A DNA stretch of 64,000 nt, taken from assembly GCA_030431715.1 (NCBI GenBank), contig JAUIIO010000005.1, positions 17,542 through 81,541 on the forward strand. Direction: 5' to 3'. The position numbers were made by a program, and so were the translations under genes. This DNA is from a bacterium (GTDB taxonomy: Bacteria > Bdellovibrionota_C > UBA2361 > RFPC01). Within the stretch, counting starts at the first letter, position 1. Each line of letters starts with the position of its first letter. This document shows positions 11,206 through 19,944 of the stretch, piece after piece. Below the pieces are notes generated by a model that saw nothing but the letters and a program-made list of their open reading frames with translations, was not told the origin of the DNA and did no database searches.

Positions 11206-11868
11206 ATGTCTGAGATGTTACATTTGTTTGTCGACTACGTTGTCGAGCTTGTTAGTGGTCTGGGTTATATTGGTATATTTCTCCTTATGACTCTTGAGAG
11301 TTCATTTGTGCCTTTCCCCAGTGAAGTAGTGCTTATTCCAGCAGGATATCTCTCCTCAACAGGTGAGATGAACGTTTTTCTGGTATGCCTAGCTGGTATT
11401 GGTGGCAGTATTGCTGGTGCGCTTATTAATTACTATCTCTCCGCAACGCTGGGGCGTGCCTTTATTGTCCGGTATGGGAAGTACTTCCTGCTTCCAGAAG
11501 ATAAGTTTCTAAAGTTAGAGAAGCTTTTTCTCACCCACGGTGCTTTTGCGACCTTTGTAGGACGGCTTATCTTTGGAATACGGCAGTGGATTTCTATTCC
11601 AGCCGGTATTAGCAAAATGCATCTGCCCACATTTATTTCTCTCACAACAGCCGGTGCTTCTATCTGGGTCATTATCCTTGCCAGTCTTGGTTATCTCTTT
11701 GGCGAAGGAAAAGAAACTGGCCAGATGGCGAAGCTTGTTGGATACTGGTTACTCGCAGTAGTTGTTATAATGTTTGTTGCGTATTTTTACTGGTGGCATC
11801 CAAAGAAAGCAAAAAAGCACGTGAGTGCGACAGATGGCTTAAGCCAAAATGGCGGAACGGTCTCTTAA
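11206..11868 (+). CDS. DedA-family membrane protein
   Basis: LESSFVPFPSEVVLIPAG, GRLIFGIRQWISIPAG. Confidence 0.93.
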   Translation: MSEMLHLFVDYVVELVSGLGYIGIFLLMTLESSFVPFPSEVVLIPAGYLSSTGEMNVFLVCLAGIGGSIAGALINYYLSATLGRAFIVRYGKYFLLPEDKFLKLEKLFLTHGAFATFVGRLIFGIRQWISIPAGISKMHLPTFISLTTAGASIWVIILASLGYLFGEGKETGQMAKLVGYWLLAVVVIMFVAYFYWWHPKKAKKHVSATDGLSQNGGTVS

Positions 11869-12566
11869 CCGCGATACTGGCGTTTTCCTGTTTATGCAGC
11901 TGTTCAGTCCTAAAACCGCCTAGGTTCGTCCGAGTAATACAGTACCCCATGCAGACGGGCGATACGGTTTCAGGACTTGCGCATCGATTTAATGTGCCAG
12001 CACGTGAGATTCTCCACTTCAACGACATATCAGACCCTAGAACAATAAGAACTGGTGATGTTATCTATGTGCCATATCGAGGAAGCAAGAAAAGTGGGGC
12101 ATCGGGTGAGAGAAAGTGGGATCCGAAGGATAAAAACTATCTCGATCTCGGTATTGCGAGAAAACACATAGGGCGCATGGACTGGCCGATCGGAGGGCAG
12201 GGCAAGCTCACCTCAGAGTTTGGTCGAAGGTGGTTTTCTTTCCATGAGGGGATAGATCTCTCAGCGCCTTCAGGCTCACCAATTTACGCGGCGCATGCTG
12301 GTCTTGTTGTGTATAGTGATAATGGGATGTCAGGCTATGGCAACTTGGTAGCAATACGAGGAGATCACATCCTTACCGTGTATGCTCATAACAAAAGCAA
12401 TCGAGTAAGTAAGGGAGAGCGTGTAAAAATAGGGCAACACATCGCAGATGTTGGCGCCACAGGCAAAGCGAAAGGCCCCCATCTCCACTTTGAAGTGCGC
12501 ATCAAGGACGAAGACGGTAAAAATGTTGCCGTAAATCCATTGCTTTTCTTCCCCGGTTTTTTCTAA
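11793..12566 (+). CDS. LysM + M23 peptidase lipoprotein (NlpD-like)
   Basis: LysM GDTVSGLAHRF; M23 motifs HEGIDL, GYGN, YAHN, GPHLHFEVR. Start uncertain because it overlaps dedA. Confidence 0.88.
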   Translation: MASKESKKARECDRWLKPKWRNGLLTAILAFSCLCSCSVLKPPRFVRVIQYPMQTGDTVSGLAHRFNVPAREILHFNDISDPRTIRTGDVIYVPYRGSKKSGASGERKWDPKDKNYLDLGIARKHIGRMDWPIGGQGKLTSEFGRRWFSFHEGIDLSAPSGSPIYAAHAGLVVYSDNGMSGYGNLVAIRGDHILTVYAHNKSNRVSKGERVKIGQHIADVGATGKAKGPHLHFEVRIKDEDGKNVAVNPLLFFPGFF

Positions 12567-12682
12567 AGTATTCCGAGTGCCCTCGTAGCTTCCCCCTCCG
12601 CACAAGGCTCCGGAGGACGGGTGTCAGATACATGAGGGAAGTAGATATTCGAAGTTAGGTTGTATAAGGTAGGAGTCTATTC

Positions 12683-12759
12683 GCCCTCGTAGCTCAGTAG
12701 GATAGAGCACAGCTTTCCTAAAGCTGGTGTCGCATGTTCGAATCATGCCGGGGGCGCCA
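12683..12759 (+). tRNA. tRNA-Arg (anticodon CCT)
   Basis: Acceptor GCCCTCG/CGGGGGC, anticodon arm CAGCT-TTCCTAA-AGCTG, T-loop TTCGAAT, encoded CCA; 77 nt. Confidence 0.96.
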
Positions 12760-12868
12760 TTATTTTAATAATGGAGCAGCCGGCATGATTCGAACAAACA
12801 ATACTGCGAATCAAAATGGCAGAGCCATTTCCATGTTGCCGGGGGCGCCATCTCTATTCATCTATCCC

Positions 12869-13088
12869 CGTCATTGCGAGGAGCTGAGACATTTATGTCG
12901 AACGACGTGGCAATCTCCAAGCGCAATCAATTTAAGTATTAACCGCAAAGGACGCAAAGAAACGCAAAGAATTTTGACTTAGGATCTTTGCGCTCTTTGC
13001 GTCCTTTGCGGTTAAACCCAAACAATCTTCATCTTAGCAGAGCTCCCTGTGGCCAGTGCACCATCTCTCTTTGCGTCCTTTGCTGTTA
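12869..13088. repeat. Mosaic of an RPE-like element (12869-12917), a 9-nt-periodic palindrome (12939-13015) and an extra half arm
   Basis: GTCATTGCGAGGAGC...GTGGCAATCTC; perfect 22-bp IR TTAACCGCAAAGGACGCAAAGA; both recur at 63184-63631. Confidence 0.88.
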
Positions 13089-13134
13089 GTACTATACTCT
13101 ATCATGAGTAACATCCCTCTAGAAATTTGGAATA

Positions 13135-14193
13135 ATGAGATTAAAATACATACAAGTCCTTACATTATGCCTACTCTTTTTTACTTCTCCGCATTTTCTC
13201 CTGGCTGATGAGGAAAAAGAGATTCGAATCGGTGTCATTACTGACCTCACTGGGCTCGCTGCCTACTGGGGAAAACAGACAGCCGTTGGCGTAGAGCTAC
13301 TTCAAGATGAATTTTCCGCAGCGGACATGCCAGTTAAGATCATAGTAGAAAACCATAATCTTGATCCCAAATTAGCAGTAACCGCCGCTCAAAAGCTTCT
13401 TTTTGTAGACAAGGTCGATGCTGTTTATTCCGAGTTTACCATGACTGCTATTGCGGCTTCTGCTATTGTAAAGAATGCTAAGAAGCTCTTTATGGGAGAT
13501 TGTGCGGCGAATTCTTTTCTGGAAAGAAATCCTTACTCTTTTAAAACATACATAGACTACACGGCTGGTTGCCAGGCTGTTGCAACACGTTGGAAGAAGA
13601 AAGGGATTAAACGGATAGGAGTCTTAAAGGCTGAAACTGAATATGGAGAGTTGTGTGCTGATGGTGTTCGTAAAGTTTTTCCTGAAAGCTTTATTGTAGA
13701 TTATAAATACGGTGAAGCTGTTAGAACCCAAGCTCTGTTACTTAAGAAGCATAAAGTTCAAGCTGTACTAAATGCCTCATTTGAGGGTGATGTCTTAAAT
13801 ATGCTTGAAGCTTTTCGGGCTATAGATTACATGCCGCTTTTAGCCTCAAATTTTGATGCTTACACAGATAATGTACGTAAGAAATACTCTACGGTTATTG
13901 ACGAATTTACTACCTTTGGATTTAAGAAAGTATCAGACGAGTTTATTAAGAAGGTAAAAACGAAAGATCCAGAGAACTCCCTTGTTTCTATTGAGGGTGC
14001 AGCTCTTGCTTACATACATATAAAGCAGTTTGTTGATGCCCTACGAACATGTAAGAAAGATGATATCGAATGCCAGCTACGAAAGATGCAAGTAGCCCCA
14101 CATCAGAATGGCACGATCCTTGGATTTCAGGGATTTAAGGATAGAACTGCGATATTTCCTCCTGACTTAGTAGTTTATAGGGGGACTGAGTAG
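13135..14193 (+). CDS. Orphan ABC substrate-binding protein, type 1 (LivK-like fold)
   Basis: Signal peptide, IRIGVITDLTG.AAYWG, AVTAAQKLLFVDKVD; no permease or ATPase adjacent. Confidence 0.8.
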   Translation: MRLKYIQVLTLCLLFFTSPHFLLADEEKEIRIGVITDLTGLAAYWGKQTAVGVELLQDEFSAADMPVKIIVENHNLDPKLAVTAAQKLLFVDKVDAVYSEFTMTAIAASAIVKNAKKLFMGDCAANSFLERNPYSFKTYIDYTAGCQAVATRWKKKGIKRIGVLKAETEYGELCADGVRKVFPESFIVDYKYGEAVRTQALLLKKHKVQAVLNASFEGDVLNMLEAFRAIDYMPLLASNFDAYTDNVRKKYSTVIDEFTTFGFKKVSDEFIKKVKTKDPENSLVSIEGAALAYIHIKQFVDALRTCKKDDIECQLRKMQVAPHQNGTILGFQGFKDRTAIFPPDLVVYRGTE

Positions 14194-14310
14194 GCATGTA
14201 AAGTATCGTCCACTCTCATTTCACTTTACATTTCCTCCAATTACACTAAAATTACTCCGATTTATGACTCGTGAGGATTTTTGTGTCCTCACATTTTTAT
14301 CGGAGCACCC

Positions 14311-15252
14311 ATGGCTGAACCTACAACAGCGGAACAAGCAGAAACAGCACTTAAGCAAACAGGAACCGAAGTAACCGAGCGTGTCAGCGAAGCATTTGAT
14401 GGCCTTACACATGGAGATATCTCCTCGTCACTTGTGCTCGTTGAAGACTATGTCGTGCCTATCGTAGTCTCTGTTCTCATTTTGATTGTTGGGCTTATAG
14501 TCGCAAGCTTCATATCCAAAGCTGCCGGGGCGCCGATTCGAAAGCGTGTAGATGAGACAGTAGGACGTTTTGTTTCAAAGCTTGTTTTTTATTCCTTGAT
14601 GGTGTTTCTCATTCTCGGTGTTCTCGGTCGCTTTGGAATAAGCGTTGCCAGTTTCGCCGCCGTCATCGCTGCTGCTGGTTTTGCTGTTGGTCTGGCATTT
14701 CAGGGTACCCTTAGTAATTTTGCAGCCGGTGTGCTCCTTTTAGTATTTCGTCCATTTAAAGTAGGTGATGTTGTCAATGCCGGTGGGGTGCTCGGAAAGG
14801 TTGATGAGATAGATCTGTTTACCACAACATTTGATACGTTTGATAACCGACGCATTATCGTACCAAATAGCAGTATTGGTGGATCTACGATTGAAAATAT
14901 TACCTTTCATACCGTCCGGCGTGTAGATGTAAGCGTTGGGGCGGAATACTCGGCAGATATCAAAAAAACGCGCTCTGTACTTACCCGAGCGGCAGAAAGC
15001 CTTAAAGAGCACCTTGTTGAGGGTGAGGGACGTGGTTTTCAAGTATTCTTAAAAGAGCTTGGAGATTCTTCAGTCAACTGGGCCGTTCGTTTCTGGACCA
15101 AGGCTGATGATTACTGGGTGGTTCATGAAAAGCTTACTGAAGCAGTAAAAAACGAGCTCGATGCAGCTGGTATTGGAATACCTTTCCCACAAATGGATGT
15201 GCACATTGATGCACCTGAGGGCAATATGAGCCTTAAGGCCGTTGGTGAGTAG
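14311..15252 (+). CDS. mscS: Small-conductance mechanosensitive channel
   Basis: GFAVGLAFQGTLSNFAAG, RPFKVGD, IVPNS, GIPFPQMDVH. Confidence 0.95.
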   Translation: MAEPTTAEQAETALKQTGTEVTERVSEAFDGLTHGDISSSLVLVEDYVVPIVVSVLILIVGLIVASFISKAAGAPIRKRVDETVGRFVSKLVFYSLMVFLILGVLGRFGISVASFAAVIAAAGFAVGLAFQGTLSNFAAGVLLLVFRPFKVGDVVNAGGVLGKVDEIDLFTTTFDTFDNRRIIVPNSSIGGSTIENITFHTVRRVDVSVGAEYSADIKKTRSVLTRAAESLKEHLVEGEGRGFQVFLKELGDSSVNWAVRFWTKADDYWVVHEKLTEAVKNELDAAGIGIPFPQMDVHIDAPEGNMSLKAVGE

Positions 15253-15267
15253 GGCGGGTGCCGCTAC

Positions 15268-16461
15268 TTACTGCCTAGAAGACTCTGGTTGCAGATATGA
15301 CAGAGTGAGGTCTTCGGCTATCCCTATTTGATTTCTCCAAGAGACCATCGCAACACTCTTTGCGGAAAGAGGATAGATCTGTAAGAAAAGTCGATCTGAT
15401 GGAATTTCTGGAACACGGTGAAAAGACGATATCAGTGGATCGGAGCAGCGTAGGATGTGAACATCCCCGGTAGTTCCGGAAGTTACGAGATGTGGCTCTA
15501 CCGTAGCTTCAAGCGAATTTTGTATTTCATCCAGTTTCTGTGTCAGCCCCGAGAGTTCTCTTACCTCAGCTTCTGAGAGAGTTCCGATTTTTAGCTGTTG
15601 CTCTAGCTCCATGCGCCTTGGCCATGCATATTCTGATATGTGTGCATGTTCAACGAGTTTTTGACGGTGTACATGTTCATCGGGATAGATGTCAGTATCA
15701 GCGCCGAACACGGTGCTAACGACCTTTCGCTCTTTTTTGGGATCGGTATTTAGTGGATCAAAAGGGCCATCAATATGCCATGTTGAAGCAGGAATAGGGG
15801 AATTCCTAGGCTTGAAAGTTGAACAGATAACAAATGCAGACTCGGCGCTGTAGGCATAGACGACACTGGCCACGCGTTTGCATATTGTATCAGCTGCAAT
15901 CTCTTTATTTGAGCTTGGGGAGAGTCCTTGATCCTCTAGGTATGTCAGGACATTTTGTCTGAGGTGGTGAAGGTTCCCATAAAAGTTCTTACTGCTATTT
16001 TGAGCAACTGTTGAGTTATCAAGTTTTAACTGTTCTTCATGTGTTATGCCGGAATGATAAGAAAGAAGAGAGGGGGAATGTGTATTGTCTAATTCGTCAG
16101 CGTTAACCTTGGCTTTTGCAAAGAGGGTGGGATCATAATAGCTATCAACAAAAGAAAGTGTATTTAGCGGTGCGTTCGGATCAACTCGCGCTATCTCCAC
16201 TTCCTCTATAGTATCTAAGCGTTTATGAAGCTCTGCAATTGCTTGATCTGAAGAATCTATGGAATGAGCCAAGGCCTGAGCACTGTATCCTCCATAGGTT
16301 TCTACTACGTCTCGAACGATCTCTTTTACTGCTGGACTAAGATCGGACTGTTGGATGCGTTCGAGATAGGAGAGCGCGTCGGTAGGATCTGCGCTTACAG
16401 ACTCACCGGTGTCGGATGCTTGTTCTCTCTGGACACTTTTATCTTCAGGCTTTGCACTCAT
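15268..16461 (-). CDS. Hypothetical protein with possible Fe(II)-oxygenase-like HxD...H motif
   Basis: 397-aa ORF; WHIDG ... FHRVP ... RLFL pattern reminiscent of DUF1826-like jelly-roll proteins. Confidence 0.55.
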   Translation of the reverse strand: MSAKPEDKSVQREQASDTGESVSADPTDALSYLERIQQSDLSPAVKEIVRDVVETYGGYSAQALAHSIDSSDQAIAELHKRLDTIEEVEIARVDPNAPLNTLSFVDSYYDPTLFAKAKVNADELDNTHSPSLLSYHSGITHEEQLKLDNSTVAQNSSKNFYGNLHHLRQNVLTYLEDQGLSPSSNKEIAADTICKRVASVVYAYSAESAFVICSTFKPRNSPIPASTWHIDGPFDPLNTDPKKERKVVSTVFGADTDIYPDEHVHRQKLVEHAHISEYAWPRRMELEQQLKIGTLSEAEVRELSGLTQKLDEIQNSLEATVEPHLVTSGTTGDVHILRCSDPLISSFHRVPEIPSDRLFLQIYPLSAKSVAMVSWRNQIGIAEDLTLSYLQPESSRQ

Positions 16462-16542
16462 GGAAGCATACTCACATACCTGTTATGCATTCCATTATGA
16501 GTTCAGTCACATAGTTGCGAAGGGGTTGAATTTCTTAAGTTT

Positions 16543-17181
16543 TTAAGGGGCGACAACCCAAGAGTGTATTGAGGAGTTCCTTTCCTGTTCTTGAATTATC
16601 AGAGCCTCTTCCTCGAGGAACCACTCAAATCGTGTACTGACTTCGTCTGGATCCATAAATTCTCTAGCGAGAAGTATAAAACTTTCATAGTGGTCACGCT
16701 CTGATGACCAGAGCCCGGTGTAAAGTTTTGAGAGTTCACGATCTTTACTTGCAGTAGTTTCCTGCGCCAGAAGATAAAAGCGTTCACACGACCTCGCTTC
16801 AATAAGAGCCGAGACTAGCAGCCTATCGAGCGTTTCGTAATCTGCGCGTCCCTTACGGATTCGTTTAGCGAGTGAGCCTGTGTAGAGATTGCGGTGGGAT
16901 TTAGCGAGAGTGCCTCCGCGTTTATCTAGATGTCTCAGCACAAGGGATAGGTGAGAGGCCTCATCTCTGGCTATTTCTCCGAGCTCTTTGGTCCAGACCT
17001 CAGGTGGTTTTCCTTCGGGCCAACGTTGAAGGAGCGTGAGGGCATTGGCAGCTGCTTTTTTCTCCAGATGAGCATGGTCGGATAAGAGCTCAAGCGGATT
17101 CTCAAGGACTCGCTTCGCCCACGGAGCAGGGGTATAGACACGTAGTGGCAAGGCTGTTTGAGGAGATTCCATAAGTGGCAC
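16543..17181 (-). CDS. miaE: tRNA-(ms2io6A) hydroxylase, ferritin-like diiron
   Basis: LSDHAHLEKKAA, DEASH, DRLLVSALIEARSCERF, SERDH. Confidence 0.9.
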   Translation of the reverse strand: MPLMESPQTALPLRVYTPAPWAKRVLENPLELLSDHAHLEKKAAANALTLLQRWPEGKPPEVWTKELGEIARDEASHLSLVLRHLDKRGGTLAKSHRNLYTGSLAKRIRKGRADYETLDRLLVSALIEARSCERFYLLAQETTASKDRELSKLYTGLWSSERDHYESFILLAREFMDPDEVSTRFEWFLEEEALIIQEQERNSSIHSWVVAP

Positions 17182-17215
17182 TTTACTAAAAAGTCTTGTG
17201 CGTTACTATAGTACT

Positions 17216-17461
17216 ATGGTTCAGCAAACGATTTCAGATGCGCAATTAGAAGCCGATGCAAAGCAGTTAGCAGAGGATTATCTTGGTCCTGAGATTATTG
17301 GGTCGTTTTTTGTAAAAGAGAAAGGTGTGATGGGCGTGGCCGCGAATAAAGAAGACGGCTGTGTTGATATCATTATGTATGCGGCCCCGGACTCTGACGA
17401 AGCTCGTGCGATGCTTAGAGACGCACAATACCGTATCGCTTCACCAGCAAGAGTTCTCTAA
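17216..17461 (+). CDS. Small hypothetical protein
   Basis: ORF fills the gap between miaE and the lipoprotein gene; no motif recognised. Confidence 0.5.
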   Translation: MVQQTISDAQLEADAKQLAEDYLGPEIIGSFFVKEKGVMGVAANKEDGCVDIIMYAAPDSDEARAMLRDAQYRIASPARVL

Positions 17462-17467
17462 GACTCT

Positions 17468-18298
17468 TTATTGCCTGCTTACCGTGAGCCTCGTGATTTC
17501 AGGTTGAGAATCGATTTGATCGGGCTGGATAATACCCTGACCGACCAGTTCAGGGAGTATTATTCGTATCGTAATCCGTATAAGAAGATCTCCGCTGACA
17601 GGAAGGTTACTAATGGTTGCCTCTTCGTCGTAGTTCTCAGTTCTCATTCGTAGCCTAAACTTCGTTTTGTCACTTGTCGTGCGTAGTTCAAACTGGCCAT
17701 TTGCTGCTGTTGTATCGTGAGAGCCGATACCTCTAAGTGTTACTCCTATGCCTGATAGTGGAGTATCGTCTGAGGAGATGATCTTTCCGAGTATTCTGAC
17801 AGTGCGCGAAGGATTTTGCTTCTCCTGCTGCCCATCGTCTTCTGGCTGCTGTGTGATCTCTTCGTCTGGAGAAGGGGTGGGGGGAGCCGTAGAGGGATTT
17901 ACTGTAATCTCGGTAACAACGACGGTGTCACTGCTGGCACTCACAACAATTTGCGCGTTAATGACAAGAGCCTCTTCTGAGAGTATTCCGAGGCTTCTCG
18001 TTTCATTTATCTGTTCTGAGTGGATAAGCACTTCGAGTTCTTCACCAACACGAGCCTGTGTTTTAAAGCTGTAGGAACCGCTCTCGTTACTTATGCCAGC
18101 TGAGCCGCTACGCAGATCGGCAACCTCTATTCCAGCGAGCGGTTCGCCGGTTTCTGAAAGAACGTTGCCCTCAACGGTAATACTACGAAGATCGCCAGTT
18201 CCTCTGGTCCCGCCTCCTGCACATGCCGTTAGTACCATAAGGAAAAGGGCGCTAAGTACCATACTGGTAATTGTTCGATAACTACTCTTCGTCAGCAT
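17468..18298 (-). CDS. Lipoprotein with two carboxypeptidase-regulatory-like (transthyretin-like) beta domains
   Basis: ATG 18298 overlaps the upstream stop; lipobox LTAC then GGGTRGTG; repeats VEGNVLSETGEPLAGIEV and ILGKIISSDDTPLSGIGV separated by a Pro/acidic linker. Confidence 0.75.
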   Translation of the reverse strand: MLTKSSYRTITSMVLSALFLMVLTACAGGGTRGTGDLRSITVEGNVLSETGEPLAGIEVADLRSGSAGISNESGSYSFKTQARVGEELEVLIHSEQINETRSLGILSEEALVINAQIVVSASSDTVVVTEITVNPSTAPPTPSPDEEITQQPEDDGQQEKQNPSRTVRILGKIISSDDTPLSGIGVTLRGIGSHDTTAANGQFELRTTSDKTKFRLRMRTENYDEEATISNLPVSGDLLIRITIRIILPELVGQGIIQPDQIDSQPEITRLTVSRQ

Positions 18299-19124
18299 TT
18301 TTGTTCCCCTCAGGAGTGTTTGATTCAGTTGATGTGAAGCTTGTGAATGCAACTCGGGTGCACTCTCCTCTGTAGCTCGGATCTGGTGTGGTGTCTTGAT
18401 CGTAGGAGGCGATGAGTTCGCGAATCTGTAGGTGAAGTTTATGGCCTGCTTCTAGAAGTTTCCGGTTAAGCTCAGGGATGTCGCGCTTTCTTACAGAATC
18501 AAAAGCTGTCTGGAGATGATGAAGTGGAGTGTCTGTATTTGCTCTTGTGTTATGTTCCACGGTAGTTATGAGGCCGTGCATATCCTCTGAGGCGATGTGA
18601 TAAGCTTCTTCTTTGTTCTCCTTTTCGATAAGATTAGGAGCGAGGAGTCTTAGCCCGCGCGAGGTCTCCTCTACCATCTGAAGTCTCTTGAGCTCAAAAA
18701 GAATCGTAGCTGGATTTAGGTCTGTTCCTGCCTTCTTTACAAGTGCTTCAAATTCACTTTTTCCAGATGAGAGAGACAAGACTCGTGGCTTTCTGGCCGT
18801 TGTGCGAAAGGAAGGATCTGTCATCCAGTGCGTAATGATTCGCGTAAGCGTATCTCTATTCTCGTCGAGCTTGTAATCGCCACGGTCAATACGTCCGATG
18901 TCTCGGCGGTGCATACCTGTCATTGCAGAGATGCGACTCGCATTTGCCTTCTTACTCTGCTTTTCAAGCTCTTGCCCGGCACTATAGGCGAGCTCTAGCT
19001 TTACACACTCAGATATGTCCTGAACCTTAAGCCCTCGCTTCAAGCAGAAGCGTATAACAGGCCTTAGAAGGAGCCGTAGCAGGGTGAGTGTCTGCTGTTT
19101 ATGTGAAGAATATGAGCTGCTCAT
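18282..19124 (-). CDS. DUF6502-like protein (putative HTH-containing regulator)
   Basis: LLRPVIRFCLKRG, SRISAMTGMHRRDI, W.TDP.F, PRVL, FEALV, D..PATILFEL recognised by eye; ~280 aa from ATG 19124. Confidence 0.75.
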   Translation of the reverse strand: MSSSYSSHKQQTLTLLRLLLRPVIRFCLKRGLKVQDISECVKLELAYSAGQELEKQSKKANASRISAMTGMHRRDIGRIDRGDYKLDENRDTLTRIITHWMTDPSFRTTARKPRVLSLSSGKSEFEALVKKAGTDLNPATILFELKRLQMVEETSRGLRLLAPNLIEKENKEEAYHIASEDMHGLITTVEHNTRANTDTPLHHLQTAFDSVRKRDIPELNRKLLEAGHKLHLQIRELIASYDQDTTPDPSYRGECTRVAFTSFTSTESNTPEGNKNADEE

Positions 19125-19247
19125 AAATGCGTATATTTTACATATGTTATTTGAGATTTTAGCTAGTAGCGCGCATATAAATCTTAACAACCTGAAAATA
19201 CATTACTTAATTAGCTTTTACTTTGCAAGAATAATATGCTACAAAAG

Positions 19248-19262
19248 TGTGCAAAATGCACA
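19248..19262. promoter_or_regulatory. Candidate operator palindrome in the divergent promoter region
   Basis: TGTGCA-AAA-TGCACA; a weaker 15-bp TG..CA box lies at 19128-19142. Confidence 0.4.
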
Positions 19263-19280
19263 TAAGATAGTAAACGTTGC

Positions 19281-19934
19281 ATGGAGGCTTATATGTTTTA
19301 TAAAGTGTCATTTCTTACTTTTGTAGTGCTTACAGTAATTTCCCCATTTTCCGGGGCTTTCGCACTCGATTTTGAACCAAAATCCATATCACTTACCTCT
19401 CTCTCTCCCGGATGTAAGAATTTTGATATTACTGAAATTGAAATGGGAGGTATCTCGGCTCAAATTGGGAAAAGAAAGCAACGCCGTAAGAAACGAAGGT
19501 GCAAGCTGGGCTTTCAAGTTCAGTCTGAGCTCAATGGTGTGAGCCCACTTATCTGTAGGAGATTTCAAGCGTATCTCTACCGATTCCGAGGAGAAAGAGA
19601 CATCGCCCCAACAGACAGCACGATTACAAGAGTTCTTGAGTCAGATGAGTGCGGAGGATTTTCCTATACTCTTAGAACAAGAAAGCGAAAGCCGAGAGAG
19701 GAGCGGTGGCATATAGCGCTTGAGAGTATGGCGGTAAACGAGCCTAAGATTCCTTACGTCGTTGTGCCGCCTACAGGAAAAGTTTGTCTGCAAGTACTGA
19801 CCTGCGGCTTGAATGTCGCAACAGGAGAAGTTGCCATCTATTCAAACTCATGTGGAGTGGACGGCGAAAAAGTTGTCCGTGCCAGCAGTGGTGCGTGCGG
19901 AATGGGTGGCGTATCTATGACTCTGGATAAGTAG
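19281..19934 (+). CDS. Secreted Cys-rich, basic protein with Kazal-like C-terminal motif
   Basis: Signal peptide ending AFA, KRKQRRKKRR patch, C-x5-CG-x10-YSNSC-x12-GAC. Confidence 0.6.
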   Translation: MEAYMFYKVSFLTFVVLTVISPFSGAFALDFEPKSISLTSLSPGCKNFDITEIEMGGISAQIGKRKQRRKKRRCKLGFQVQSELNGVSPLICRRFQAYLYRFRGERDIAPTDSTITRVLESDECGGFSYTLRTRKRKPREERWHIALESMAVNEPKIPYVVVPPTGKVCLQVLTCGLNVATGEVAIYSNSCGVDGEKVVRASSGACGMGGVSMTLDK

Positions 19935-19944
19935 GGAGGTTTGT

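Noticed and set aside
12734..12982. 82-aa ORF starting inside the tRNA
   Set aside because: It overlaps the tRNA and repeat elements and has no protein-like features.
18282..19190. Longest-ORF starts for several genes (19190, 18352, 4057, 14281, 36729, 41912, 54432, 58244)
   Set aside because: Downstream ATGs fit signal peptides, family N-termini or translational coupling better.
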